Shown: one piece after another, positions 1-11,956 of the stretch
How the letters are laid out: every line of letters begins with the position of its first letter
How positions within the stretch are numbered: the first letter of the stretch is position 1
From: Mytilus californianus
Taxonomy: Eukaryota
DNA length: 64,000 nucleotides
Assembly (NCBI RefSeq): GCF_021869535.1
Contig: NW_026262690.1
Coordinates: forward strand, 4,278,001-4,342,000
Direction of reading: 5' to 3'
The notes under the pieces: generated by a model
The model's input: only the letters and a program-made list of their open reading frames with translations
Told to the model about the DNA's origin: nothing
Database searches by the model: none
Made by a program: the position numbers and the translations under genes

Positions 1-1139
1 AAGACCTTCAATGGTTCTCTGAACTATTGATTTTTAAATGTAATATGTTTTACTAACACTTGTCAATTGTTATTCCTTAGACACACACCTTTTACATTTT
101 TTACATGAGATGTTTCACATTTTTAAAATAATTTAAATGTCAAAAATAATATAATAATCTGTATTTCCCTTTATTATCTGAAAAGCAGACACTGTCGATA
201 CATCTATTTCAAAACACATCTTGATGATATTTTTACCTACAAAAAAGAGAATACAATTAGAATTAGTATAGTTGTAGTTAACTATAATAGATTTGAAGTG
301 TCGGCATTATTTCTCAAATAGCTAAAGTGGTTTTATGAAATAAAGATAAAAGCAAAATCCACAAACCTCGTTTATACCAAATAATACTTCCTTTTTTTAT
401 TTCATATAGATATATAGGCATATTTTTTACATTTAGATCACATCTCCTTTTATTCATACGTATACATGTTTTAATCAATTTATAATGTCTCTTTCCTTGT
501 TGCAAAAAGTTTAATTAATTTATTGTCCCAATCAACAAAAATTTTGAATGAAAATTACTGCAAGAATTTTATCTTCGAATGTTAAAGAGGACTCCAATGT
601 TTTTCACATGAGAGTATGACATTGCTTCTTCTGTCTAGTGTTGTTTTTTTAAGAACAATTTCCATAACCTTCCCTTTGAATTTTTTTATAAAATAGTCAA
701 TCAGATGCCTCTTTCTTTAAAAAAGATTTCTTTGATTTATCTATTCAGCATCAAAATGTAAAAAGAGTAACTAATGTTTACATTTTGTCAATTTAAGCAG
801 ATGGACGATGTGATGGTTCTTCTGAAAGAAAACTCAAAAACTCTCATACATTGCTTTATATACCTATTACTTGTGATCGGATGTTTTCATATAGCAATTT
901 ATTTCAATAAATCACATTTTCATTTTTAATTGCGTTATTAAAATTCACATTAAGTGTTAGTAGTAATGTCAAACTCTCTGTTAATAGAAGTAAGATAGTC
1001 ATATTTGGTTTGCATAATAATTGTAAGATAAACATGTTGTTCATCTGACTTTTACCTACTTTGCATGGTTGAATTGGTTTAATAATTAAGTCTAAAAAGT
1101 AGAATAATAAAAATTCCGAACATCAAGGGATATTATAAA

Positions 1140-1420
1140 TGAAAAGACCCTTAAAAGAGGGGCTAAAAATACCAGAGGAATAGTCAAACTCATAAATCGA
1201 AAATAAACTGACAACGCCATGGCTAAAAATAAAAAAGACAAACAGACAAATAATAGTACACAAGAAGCAACAACGAAAACTAAAGACTGAGCAACATGAA
1301 CCCCACCAAAAACTGGGGGTGATCTCAGGTGCTCCGGAAGGGAAAGTAGATCCTGTTCCACATGTGGCACCCGTCACGTGCTCATGTTATTACAAACCCG
1401 GTAAATAGTCTAATTCGGTA
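1140..1420 (-). repeat. Dispersed repeat, probable 3' tail of a non-LTR/Penelope-type retroelement (related pieces about 2310-2470, 37370-37530, 61380-61510)
   Basis: The same motif (ctcaggtgctccggaaggg...gatcctgttccacatgtggcacccgtc) recurs in degenerate form at 37455-37520. It generates the spurious ORFs 1092..1370, 1123..1377 and 37316..37558. Boundaries approximate. Confidence 0.6.
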
Positions 1421-2685
1421 GGTTACAATACAAATGGCAATATCAAAAGGTCAAACACATCAAACAAATGGTTAACAACTTTAATATTCCATACTTGGTA
1501 CAACATTTCCTTATGCAGAAAATGGCGGATTAAACCTAGTATAATAGCTAGCAAAACCTCTCATTTGTATGACAGTCGCGTAAAATTTCATAATATAAAA
1601 AAAACCATGTGTGAGCAAAACAAACAGTCATTATAGATAAACATGTCGAAAATTGGGCCGTGCTGTAGTCAAAACTGTGTTATTATCTTAATCACTATAA
1701 AAACATAAAACTATGTCAACAAATAAAAACAAAATGGTTTGTAGACACTCTAGTTACTTTAGTTGCAAAATGATACCAATTCATCTTTTACGATTGATGA
1801 ATGAGTTCGGCTCGGTTATTATACACTTTCAATCTTTTATTCTTAACCAGGATACATTCTATTTGACGGAAAGCTCTTTCAGATGCAAAACAGCTTAGTT
1901 TGATTCATTCAAAACATTCGATGCAAAACTACAAAACACATGTTAAATTTACAATCTTGTCATTAACAGTAGTTTGTATATCTGAATAACATTTTTCAAT
2001 TTATAGAAAGATGCAAAACTGTAGACTTATTGTTTTTTTTTAATATTGTTAAAACTCTTCGTTATCTAACTGTTTGTAGGTTTAACCGACTTTAAAATGT
2101 TTACCCTGTGAGTATAACATACAGAGGAAATATGTCCTACCTCTTTAATGCATTCGTTGCAATTTTTGCTTTGACTAGTATCATTTCTTCAGGAGAACCC
2201 AAACCAATGTTCGAAAAGCTTTTATGTATAAAGATGTTTTGAAAAATTCTAGCGCAACACAGTTTGCATAAATATTTAAATATTGATATTTTTTGTTCTC
2301 ATTTAATCAGCCTATGTGTGATCTCCCCGGATTTTGTAGGGTCTGTTTTGATCATTCTTTAGTTTTCGATATTGTGTTTATCTTTTCATAATTTTCTTTT
2401 TTTTTTTGGTCGTGTTTTTGTTTGTTTTTGACTTATGAATTTGAATATCCCTTTGGTATCATCTACCTCTATTCTCAACATATACTATCAATATAATATG
2501 TACCGTATCGACATTTTTACATCGAATAACATCTACATTTTTGGTGGATGCAAAATACAGACTTACAAATAATTTTGAAAAAATATCTACTATCAAGAAT
2601 GACAGTACTGCCTTACAAAACGTAAACCCGAGTTGTAAATTGCTATTGTTAATTTTACGTTATTTTTGCAATGTCTTACCTTATA

Positions 2686-2973
2686 TTAAATAATTATACA
2701 AGATGAACGTTTCTCATAGCCACAATAGCATCTCATATAAAGACGCTGATGCAAACGTCCATGACGCATTTCCTTTATAATGTAGGGTTGGCAAACACTT
2801 AGTGTGTGATAAAATTGCCGAACTGGTTTTCGGATTTTACAGTGACATTCAGTTTCATAGAAATAATAATCTAAAAACGTTATGCACTTGTATCTAATTG
2901 AACATACGTTGCTTTCATGATCGTAATCATCATAAATATCATCAAATTCAGTACACGTTTCATTGTTTGCCAT
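2686..2973 (-). CDS. Small Cys/His-rich protein, paralogue 1 (95 aa, short-linker type), ends in CaaX-like CIII
   Basis: ATG-stop ORF with H19-x4-C24-x18-C43-x-C45 and H56-x4-C61-x20-C82-x-C84. Shares PVRQFxH and CYCG with the ORF at 9760. Acceptor TTTGATTTTAG 3 nt before the ATG; donor AAG|GTAAGA 6 nt after the stop. Confidence 0.75.
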   Translation of the reverse strand: MANNETCTEFDDIYDDYDHESNVCSIRYKCITFLDYYFYETECHCKIRKPVRQFYHTLSVCQPYIIKEMRHGRLHQRLYMRCYCGYEKRSSCIII

Positions 2974-5059
2974 TTTCTAAAATCAAATATAATAATCTTA
3001 AAGTCATCAAAAGGGATCCGTTTCGATATATCCTGGTTAACTCTATGTTATGATAAGCTGTTACTGCTGTATGACTTTTATACAGACACATGACTTGTGT
3101 ATTTAAATATCTCCTCCTACTTAAGTTAAATTGATTCCGATGAAAAGTAAAGAATTGCAAACATGACTTGAAATTTTTTGGCATAGACTTTCATTTATAT
3201 CTTCAAATAATAATTCCTGGATGTTATAGAAGAACAATTTATTTTAAGAAGTCTACCCTCAACTACAATCATTAATATCAGAGAGTAAGATGTCATGAAT
3301 TCATATCAGCAGGTTAAGTACCTTGAGTTTATTTCGTTATACGCGAGCATGTTTTGATATGATATTGAGTTTTTATTTTGCTATCTATAAATCGATATAA
3401 AGAAATGATTTTTATGTACTGATTTTTTTACGTTCTTGTTTGGTATATTGCAGTGTCTGTTGTTATATCTTAATTGATATTAGTATCTAAAGAATCTGGT
3501 TGAAATAGCATCGATGCCGCGATTTTTGCTTTGATTTTTTGAATATTAAAAAGAATTCTAGTTTTTAAAGTTAACGTGTTATCGTTAGATTCTGTTCACT
3601 AGTTGTATTTTACTGAATGAGGCTTTCTGTTCAATTGTCTTATTTTTGTTCGAACAGTTCTTAATATCTCAAAATGATGACTTTTAACAAAGTTTCTTCT
3701 CCTTCCTTTGTCACATCTATACTCTATGTACTTAAAACATATCTGTACACATGACATTTGGATCTTTGCTATATATCATTCGATATTAATAAGTACACAC
3801 TATTCAGATATTTCAATTGACTCATTTCATGTCACAACCGCCTCATAAACATATATCATGGATCAATCGCGCCATTGCGTAATGAAATCTGCTCGAAATT
3901 TCCAAATGACAACTATCTAAAAATACCTTAATAATTTCCATTACAACCAGGAGGTGATACTACTGTTTTTTACGTTTTTAGAATTAAACAAAAGGCATAG
4001 AACTTTTTTTTGTGATATACAACTTGAATTTTTATGTTTTTTATCTAAATATATATTTTAAACAAACGTCCAGTGTAAAATCCAGGATTAAAATTGGGTA
4101 CACAAGATACGCGTTTTGTCTACAAAAAAACACATCAGTGACGCTCGAAGAAAAAAATGCAAAAAGGCAATCAAATGAAGAACAAAACTATAAACTACTG
4201 CCTTATAAGTGGGAGGTTCGTTTAGCTATGAAACCCAGTATGAACTACCATTTTATTCTAAAAAAGTCAGTTATTTTCCGTTTGTGTGGTTGACTCATGT
4301 AGTTCTAACGTCAGTTTATAAGGACTTCCAATTTTTTATTTAACGTTTGAGTTCGATATTCTTTTAATAGTATTTTCTACTGAAACATTATTTATAAATT
4401 TAATTGGCAAAGGATAGAAAAAAAAGATTCATAAATATCAATACTGGTTATTTTTTTTAACAGAAAGTAGATCATAGGTTCTGTACAATACTTCTGTAAT
4501 CTCTTCAAACCAAAAGCAGACAGAAATGAATAAGGCCAATGAACGGAATAAAAGCCATAGGTACAAAACAATCGTAAAAACCAAAATCTAGCAAAGCCAT
4601 TGTCCAATGGATGCTAGGTTTGAAAAAGAAGTAAAATAAACAGTACCAACTTGTTCCTGATTTTATATTATACACGTTCCATTATACATAGCTATAGTTA
4701 TAAAGGTAAATCATTACTATAACATGAATTAAGATAATTAAATATTCATGACATACAGCAAATCAAAAGTCACAGTTATAACAGAGATACTAAATGGAAC
4801 AAACCAAACGAAGCAAATGTCTACAATATTTCCGAAATAATTTATATTGTAAATTAAATGATTCCTTACTGTAAGTCATATTGACAGGTATTCCTTCTCC
4901 GATTAAATAATTAAATACAAATCATAAGTTGTTTCGTTGCAAAGAATCATCCGGTTGTATCAAGCAAAAAATTTACTTTAATACTTAGAAATGTATGTTC
5001 TCCATAAAATAATGAACAAAAAATATACTTGTATTTAAACACTTTTAAGGCTTTCTGAG

Positions 5060-5200
5060 TTATTTTGTATGATCATCTCTAGATCCTCTTGCATGTGTCT
5101 CCCTATACTTGTTTACTAGGAACCAGATAATAACGACCAATAATCCTACTCCTACTACGGGTATTCCTACAGCAAGGGCGATTATTCCTCCGGTAACCAT
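5060..5200 (-). CDS. Candidate 46-aa single-pass membrane microprotein MVTGGIIALAVGIPVVGVGLLVVIIWFLVNKYRETHARGSRDDHTK
   Basis: Hand-translated (below the ORF-track cutoff). Uninterrupted hydrophobic stretch of about 25 residues followed by basic residues (KYR), GC-richer than its flanks, upstream acceptor-like TTTATCTAACAG. Confidence 0.45.
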   Translation of the reverse strand: MVTGGIIALAVGIPVVGVGLLVVIIWFLVNKYRETHARGSRDDHTK

Positions 5201-6384
5201 TATAAAATATTCAATTTAAAAGAATAAACGGTTGTTATTCTGCGTTAACAATGCACTGTTAGATAAACATATCAAATTATATACTTCGTTGGTAACCTAT
5301 TGATTGGACTGTTTCATTGCAACCAGATAACAAATTTGTACAAATCATGAACAAACTAAGCCTATATAACTCATGGTTTTGGTAATATCTTTTTCTAAAA
5401 ATACATAAGCTTAGCGAAAAAAACAGAACAGGTGGTTAATTTTGTAAATTAATTTAGAGATTGTTAAGAACCTAGGTTCAAACTTCCTCAGGTAAATTAT
5501 TCCGTAGCTGTACTTACTCAACTTAAAGGGGTTTGTTTCCCATTAAGCTCCTCAAATGTTAATTTATGTATAGATATCTAGAGCTTACAATTTTAGGGTT
5601 TGGGCCTACCTGGTTAAGAGAATCCAGAAAAGCTCTAAGGATGCATCAAATTTATAAATTGTTATTTTTATGAAATATTTCGTCCTAAACATGCATGCAA
5701 TTTTTGCCACTAGGCGTTAAGCATCCAGCAATCAATCAATCATCTAAATATTAAATTGAATTTATATAGTTTTAACATTCAATTATCAAGTTAATATGGT
5801 TGTCTCCTTATCTTCTTAAAGATATATATGACACCACACACACACGGTCTAGTTAATACGATATTTAGTCTTTATTTTTTCTTCCAAAACTTGTTTTCAC
5901 AACGTTCACGTCAAAAAGGTAAAGCATTATGAAAAAAATCAAAAAAAAAAAAAAATTAAATCAGTGAGAGTCGTTAGATATATTTCTATTTTGTTTAGAC
6001 AGGTGAAAAGGATTTTATAAAATGAATTTACCGAAAAATTTGAGACTGTCCTTACTGTGGTGAATAGTTTTTATTTTTGACAATTCCGGTTAAACAGCTG
6101 ACCGAAAGAAGAAGTGTAGGTAGTCAACGTGTAATGTAAAAAGCCATATGTAAATTGTTCATTTCCTCAAGTTAGGAACCTTTCTTTTCGATTGTAGTTT
6201 ATAGTTATATATTAGTATTTTGTCCTTTATAGAATTTGATGTGTGTAACATAATTTTTTGTCGCTTATAAATTTTTTAATACTTATTTTAAATCGTTTAG
6301 TTAAAAAAATGTCTAAATCAACTAAGGTGAACTATACCTGATCTACGTATAGATATGTTAAAGGAAAATACCTAAAATTAAAAC

Positions 6385-6726
6385 TTACTTAGAGCTGGAC
6401 ATGTATTCCTGACGTGCATTGCAACTACATGTATTAGTAATTATAAATGCTTTATGCTGCCTATATTTACGAAAACAGTTAGCATGATGATGGATGAAAA
6501 CTCCGTCCTTATTCATATCCGAAATCTTCCGAAAATTAACATCTCTATTTGAGACATAGGAATATTGGTTGCAAAAGCAATGTCTAAGAAAGATATAGTA
6601 AGTCTGGTCATTTCTGATATAACATTTTCTTATCATTTTACACGTATTACTTAAGTGCTTTTCAAATACACTATCATCATCATTTTTGTATCCATAAAAC
6701 TCATCTATACTTATTGAACTGTGCAT
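6385..6726 (-). CDS. Small Cys/His-rich protein, paralogue 2 (113 aa from first ATG, long-linker type)
   Basis: H24-x4-C29-x20-C50-x-C52 and H79-x4-C84-x15-C100-x-C102; IDEF at residues 7-10 as in paralogue 4. The stop codon lies inside a donor-like AA|GTAAGT, so the C-terminus may continue in another exon. Confidence 0.7.
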   Translation of the reverse strand: MHSSISIDEFYGYKNDDDSVFEKHLSNTCKMIRKCYIRNDQTYYIFLRHCFCNQYSYVSNRDVNFRKISDMNKDGVFIHHHANCFRKYRQHKAFIITNTCSCNARQEYMSSSK

Positions 6727-8348
6727 ATCAAAATTTTGATTGTATTTCAAATTCGGTACTTTTAACTAATACTTTTATAAAAGGAAACATATGATTTATA
6801 TCTTCTCTATCATATAAATATATATCTGTTTTATATGTTTTATATTTAAATTCTGGAATTTCTTTTAAGTATTATTACACTCCCAATCGTTTTGTTACAC
6901 GTTTTTTCCTAGAGGTTCTGACGTGTTACGTAAATCAATACTTGTAATTTAGCGATGAATGTCAACGAAAGCTGAACTTTATTTGTTAAATCTTAACTCA
7001 TTTTTTAAGATACACTTCTTAGCCATCCGTCGCGCCGTCAATATTTAAACTGGGCTTTTATGTCTTTATTTAACGCTCTACTTCAATACACATTTTTATT
7101 AAAAAAAATATGTAACAAGTATCCATTCCTACTTTAATATATGTGTCGTCTCGTTTTCAGAATGTAGAAATGTCCGGAAAAATGTATTCATTTTGTTTTT
7201 ACTGAATTAATACTTCGTTTTGGGCAATGGTTAAATTTGAACCTCATGTCTTGTTTAGTTACCAATCTGATTATACGGTTATCTTTAATTATGCTGTACT
7301 TATTAGGACACCATAATTAAATTATCAAAGGTATCTATAGGTATGTCTTTGCTATGGGTGCGCGATACATCTCTTGTGGTTTAGCTTATAATGCTTGAAA
7401 AACATTGTTTTCATATGCAGGAAATTTTGACTCAAAATCAATAATACATCCAGTTATCCTCTAGCCTGCCAACCTATTTTTATCTTCTATTGATAAAACA
7501 TCATTTAAAACGGAGGACCTTACAGATGATCACATTGGTCATTTCTAAGATTTAAACACATTTTCTTAGTCAAAAAGTCACAAAACTTATCTTACAAACT
7601 ATGATCTTCCAACAGTGCAGTTTAAACGTGAATTAAAAAATCAAAACATATAATACATTGTGTACAATAACTTTAGCTTTCGTAAACATAGGATTTTCCA
7701 GACTCTATACCGCTTATCACAATATGGAAATTGAAATATGAGAATAATAGTTAAAACTGTATATATTGATAGAACTCACATCCAGGTCATGAAATTACAT
7801 AAAAGAGGGGCGAAAGATACCAGAGGAACAATTATAATAATTATAATACCAGCCAATATGTTGAAAAAATAAATAAGATGTCGTGGTATGATTGCAAAAG
7901 CGATAACTATCCTCGTAGACCAAATGACGTAGATATTTGACGATTTCGGTTTTAGTCGAAGATGTTTCAATATTAGGGTTCTCCAACGTATTATACTTTT
8001 GGCTTTCCAACTTTTTGTTTCATGTGTTCCTGATGCAGATGTTTCCTGAAAAATGTGTGAAATGACCTGGAAACATGCCAGAAATATTTGTTTTTTTTAT
8101 CATCTTACTTTTTAACTCACATTAGAAATTTTATGTATCTGGATTTACTTTCATAAGTAACGCTCGAAATCAAATAGTTGAAAGACAAAATGGAATATTC
8201 TGATGTTATGCATATATGGATTTCACATTTTGAGAACCTGACATAAAAAAAAGATAAACACCATTCATTTATTAAGCCGTAAATAGTGAACAAGATACAT
8301 TAACAGTTATGTTTTATACAACAGAAAGAGTTCATGTAATCATCTTAA

Positions 8349-9009
8349 ATGGGCACTAGCTGTCAAATTCATGTTCACTGATTTGACTTAAATTCCCATA
8401 TTTGATTTATAACCATGTAAAACATTTATCAAAATTATAAAAAATCTAAAATAAACAATTTACAGGGCACGGGCTTGATAATTTGTAGCTTCATGTTGTG
8501 TGTATTGTAGTTTTGGTGCCATCAAATTAACTATCGAGTTAACCTCCGAAGACCTCTGATGTCATATAAGCGATATAAACATAAATATAGATGTAAATAG
8601 AAAGCGAACTCGTGCAGTTAGATTTTTTTTCTAGGTCTGTTTAATTTCATATTATAGATTAAAAATATATGTTACTCATCGTTTTTACCTGTATAAGAAT
8701 GATTTTTTTTGTGGATCGAATCAGTCAATCAAATGATTTACCTTTGTTTCACTTTCAATGTTGACATTATTTTCCTTTAAATAACAGAACACGCACAAAT
8801 CATGCGTTATCAATCCCTAGCTAAGGGGTTAAATTGAGTTCACTTGCAAGTGAATAGTTCATCATCAATGTTTCTTAGCTTAATTTGACAAAATTGAACC
8901 ATACTGGCTGCTAAAAGCGAATTGTTATTTCACTATTTCACTTTCGTTAATGATTGAACAAAAAAAAATCGTACTTTTGATTTTTTTATATCTCGTAGCT
9001 AGTGCCCCT
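8349..9009. mobile_element. Non-autonomous Kolobok-like DNA transposon
   Basis: 13-bp TIRs ATGGGCACTAGCT / AGCTAGTGCCCCT (1 mismatch), flanked by TTAA at 8345-8348 and 9010-9013. TTAA TSD with purine-starting termini fits Kolobok rather than piggyBac. Confidence 0.7.
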
Positions 9010-9218
9010 TTAAGAATATAAATAGCTATTGTTAACAAACGAATTAGTTGATTTATACACTGCGGTATGGCAAATGTACTAATACTCAGTTTTTCGAAGG
9101 TAGAAAGACCATCAATTGTTTTAGTTTCCTATTATTATTTCTTGAATATCACAAAATCTTTATATCTTTTCATCTTCTAATAAACATATTTGTCTTTTTC
9201 TTTGTGGTACATCTTTCT

Positions 9219-9760
9219 TTAGTTGTCTGCAATGAAGAACAATAAATCTATATCTATCCATATAAAATTCGAATAAACTAAATCGCTGATGGTGTTTAAA
9301 AAAAATCTACGGTTCAAAAAACAGAACCATTTATTTAATGGTAGAATTTAAGGAGTTCAATGCAAATTTGAATATAGCATTGTATGCTAACTTTACAATT
9401 TCTAAATAATGTACTCCTATTTATATAATCTGTGCAAATCACAAAACGTTCAAACCAAAAACATGTCAACTTACCTAGTCTATTATATGATTTGTTAACA
9501 CTTCCACAATAGCATATCATCAGAAGATGTATAACTTTTCTACCGCGTTTATATCTGGATTCTTTATGTTCTCTACAATAAGGACCAACGTGGACAAATT
9601 GTCGAACTGGTCGCTGCAAGCTGCAGTAGCAATTTAACTCAAACAAGTAGGCACCGTCATATGTTGGGTGCCTACCTTTGTTCTTTATACAGCATGCCTC
9701 ATCCATATGATCTTCTGTATATTCATAGGTTTCTTGGGTATCAGTAAAATTAGAATCCAT
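9219..9760 (-). CDS. Small Cys/His-rich protein, paralogue 3 (short-linker type); predicted exons 9760-9475 and 9226-9219, 97 aa
   Basis: H18-x4-C23-x20-C44-x-C46 and H57-x4-C62-x20-C83-x-C85; clearly alignable to paralogue 1. Donor AG|GTAAGT at 9475/9474 and strong acceptor TTATTGTTCTTCATTGCAG ending at 9227 give ...NRLDN-stop, matching the length of paralogue 1. The second exon is inferred. Confidence 0.75.
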
Positions 9761-11956
9761 TGATTTCTATTTCTAGAAGTATTTGAAAATGAGCAAATTG
9801 CATTTGGTTTTGTTTCTTTGTAAAACCAAATCTATTATATATCCCGTTGTAACAAGATATAATCATGTTAAGTCTTCAGCTCCTCCTACTATTCAATTAT
9901 GTCGGCGCAGTCGAACAGCATAGAATTTTAAAACGTAATAGACCCACCATTTTTTCTTAAAATGTCCTGTATCAAGTCAGGAACATGGCTATTGTTATCT
10001 TGTAGTTCGTTTCTGTGTGTGTTGCATTTCAGGGTTTCTGTTGTGTCATGGTTCTCCTCTTATAGTTGATGTGTTTCCCTAAGTTTTAGTTTGTAACCCG
10101 GATTTGTTTTTTCTCAATCGATTTATGAATTTAGAACATTTTGATTATATACCATATCTTTGGTTACTAAAACATTTCTATTACTATGATTTTCTAAATT
10201 TATTGTAGTGGAATCAATTTTTTTTAAAAACAGAATAGGTAAGGGAATGAATCATTGTCACGGCTATTGAACAGTAACACATTAAAAAAATAAAACATTA
10301 AATATATGTGAGGCAGAACAAATGATCATTTTTTGTTTTAAGATAAACCTTTATTTCACAATATCACAGATCCGATGTTAGTACAAAATTTTAACGATAT
10401 GCTATATATGATATGAAATACTAAACACGTACGAAATGGTATATGCAGCTGTCAAATGTGATACAATATGGCTTTGTTCATGTGAACAAAATGGAAAGTT
10501 TAAGGTACGAAATTGTCATTTTGGGTACAAATAGCAATGGTACAAAATCACTAGCTTCCTTGGTATTTAAATTTTATCAAGATTCAATAGACATATACTC
10601 TTTACTACAATAATAACAGATTTTTTTCAATAAATACTTATTCTTTTAATTATAACAAATACAAATTAAAACGTCAATTGAAAACGTTGGTGTACTTTCG
10701 AAAAGTCTTTTAAAAATTTGTTCTTTTTTCCATCTTCACTTTGTAAATATCTGTAAAACTGTGCAACTATTGGTTCAACCATATTTTGAATACATTTTTT
10801 TAATCTAGATCACAGCCTTTAAATGTGCCGAAAGAAATCAAACTCCGGTTCAGTTGCAGATGAAGTAAATATTTTTTGGATGGTAACTCAGCTTCGTCTT
10901 GGCATTTGTCAACACAACATTCATTTTGAACTTTTTGTCACGCTTCTTCATTATACCTGTAAATATGAATAATAATTAGGAAAAGTGTATGTTATATTTG
11001 AAAATGCAAATAATTGTAAGTTAAAAGAGAGAGAAATTAACTAATTAGAAATCAATAATCATAAGTTCAATAAAAACATAAAGCGCCATGACTTAATTTA
11101 AAATGACTTTTGTAAATTGTAACTTGGATGGACAGTTGTCTCATTGGCACTCATACCACATCTTCCTATATCTATAAAACAAACAACAATAACAAAAATT
11201 TACACAGAAATATAATTTAAGAATAACAGTACTGTAGTTGATGATGATGCTACCGTCAATTGGCGATTTGACGGTCGCAAATGCAGTTTAACTGGCGACG
11301 CGTAGATCTTACGGTAACTTTTAGCCAATAAAGACAATTGTTGCATAAAAATTTCATTAGAATAAAGTTTTGACATATCGACAATCTTTTAAAAGAAGAT
11401 ATGAAAAAATACATGCGGCTAAAAATCTTTCATTCGACACTGGTCATTTGCTTCTCTCCTAAACCGTAATTAATTACTACTTCGTCATTGCAAAACATTT
11501 TTTAAGTTGACATATTAGTAATAAGAGTAACATCTAACCAAATGACGTTCTCATTTGAAAACAATAGTATTTACATGCGCAATAATCGGAAAGCGTATGT
11601 CATCTTATCAGTTTACAGTGTAATGAGATTGGTTTTCAACAGGTTTAACCCTTTATTTTCTTCAGCAAATACATGTACTAAGTTAGGAATACGATAATTG
11701 TTTCCCGTTAATTAAGCTGAACGTTCGGTTTTGTCAGTTTTTATGGACCATCTCTTTTTAATTTACTATGGAGTTTGATAATTTTGCCATACGTTTTTAA
11801 TCAAAAAGAAGCAATTACTGAATAATATGATAAAGCAGAAACAATCCTATTTTCAGTTCACTATTTTTTGTTATTCGCTATACATACAATGTTTTGTATT
11901 CTTGATACTGTAGTTGATATATAAGAAAAGAATAATATACCTTTTTACTTGTAGCA

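Noticed and set aside
1092-1377. ORFs 1092..1370 and 1123..1377 (also 37316..37558)
   Set aside because: They lie wholly within a dispersed repeat, and overlapping frames are open because of T-rich composition; not host genes.
4392-4607. Hydrophobic 71-aa ORF
   Set aside because: TTG start directly after a stop, and all three frames are hydrophobic because the strand is T-rich; at most a possible exon.
7776-8010. Two overlapping minus-strand ORFs
   Set aside because: Built from repeat fragments and an ATAATT run.
9335-9474. 141-aa version of paralogue 3
   Set aside because: The last ~46 codons follow a perfect AG|GTAAGT donor and have no counterpart in the paralogues; probably intron read-through.
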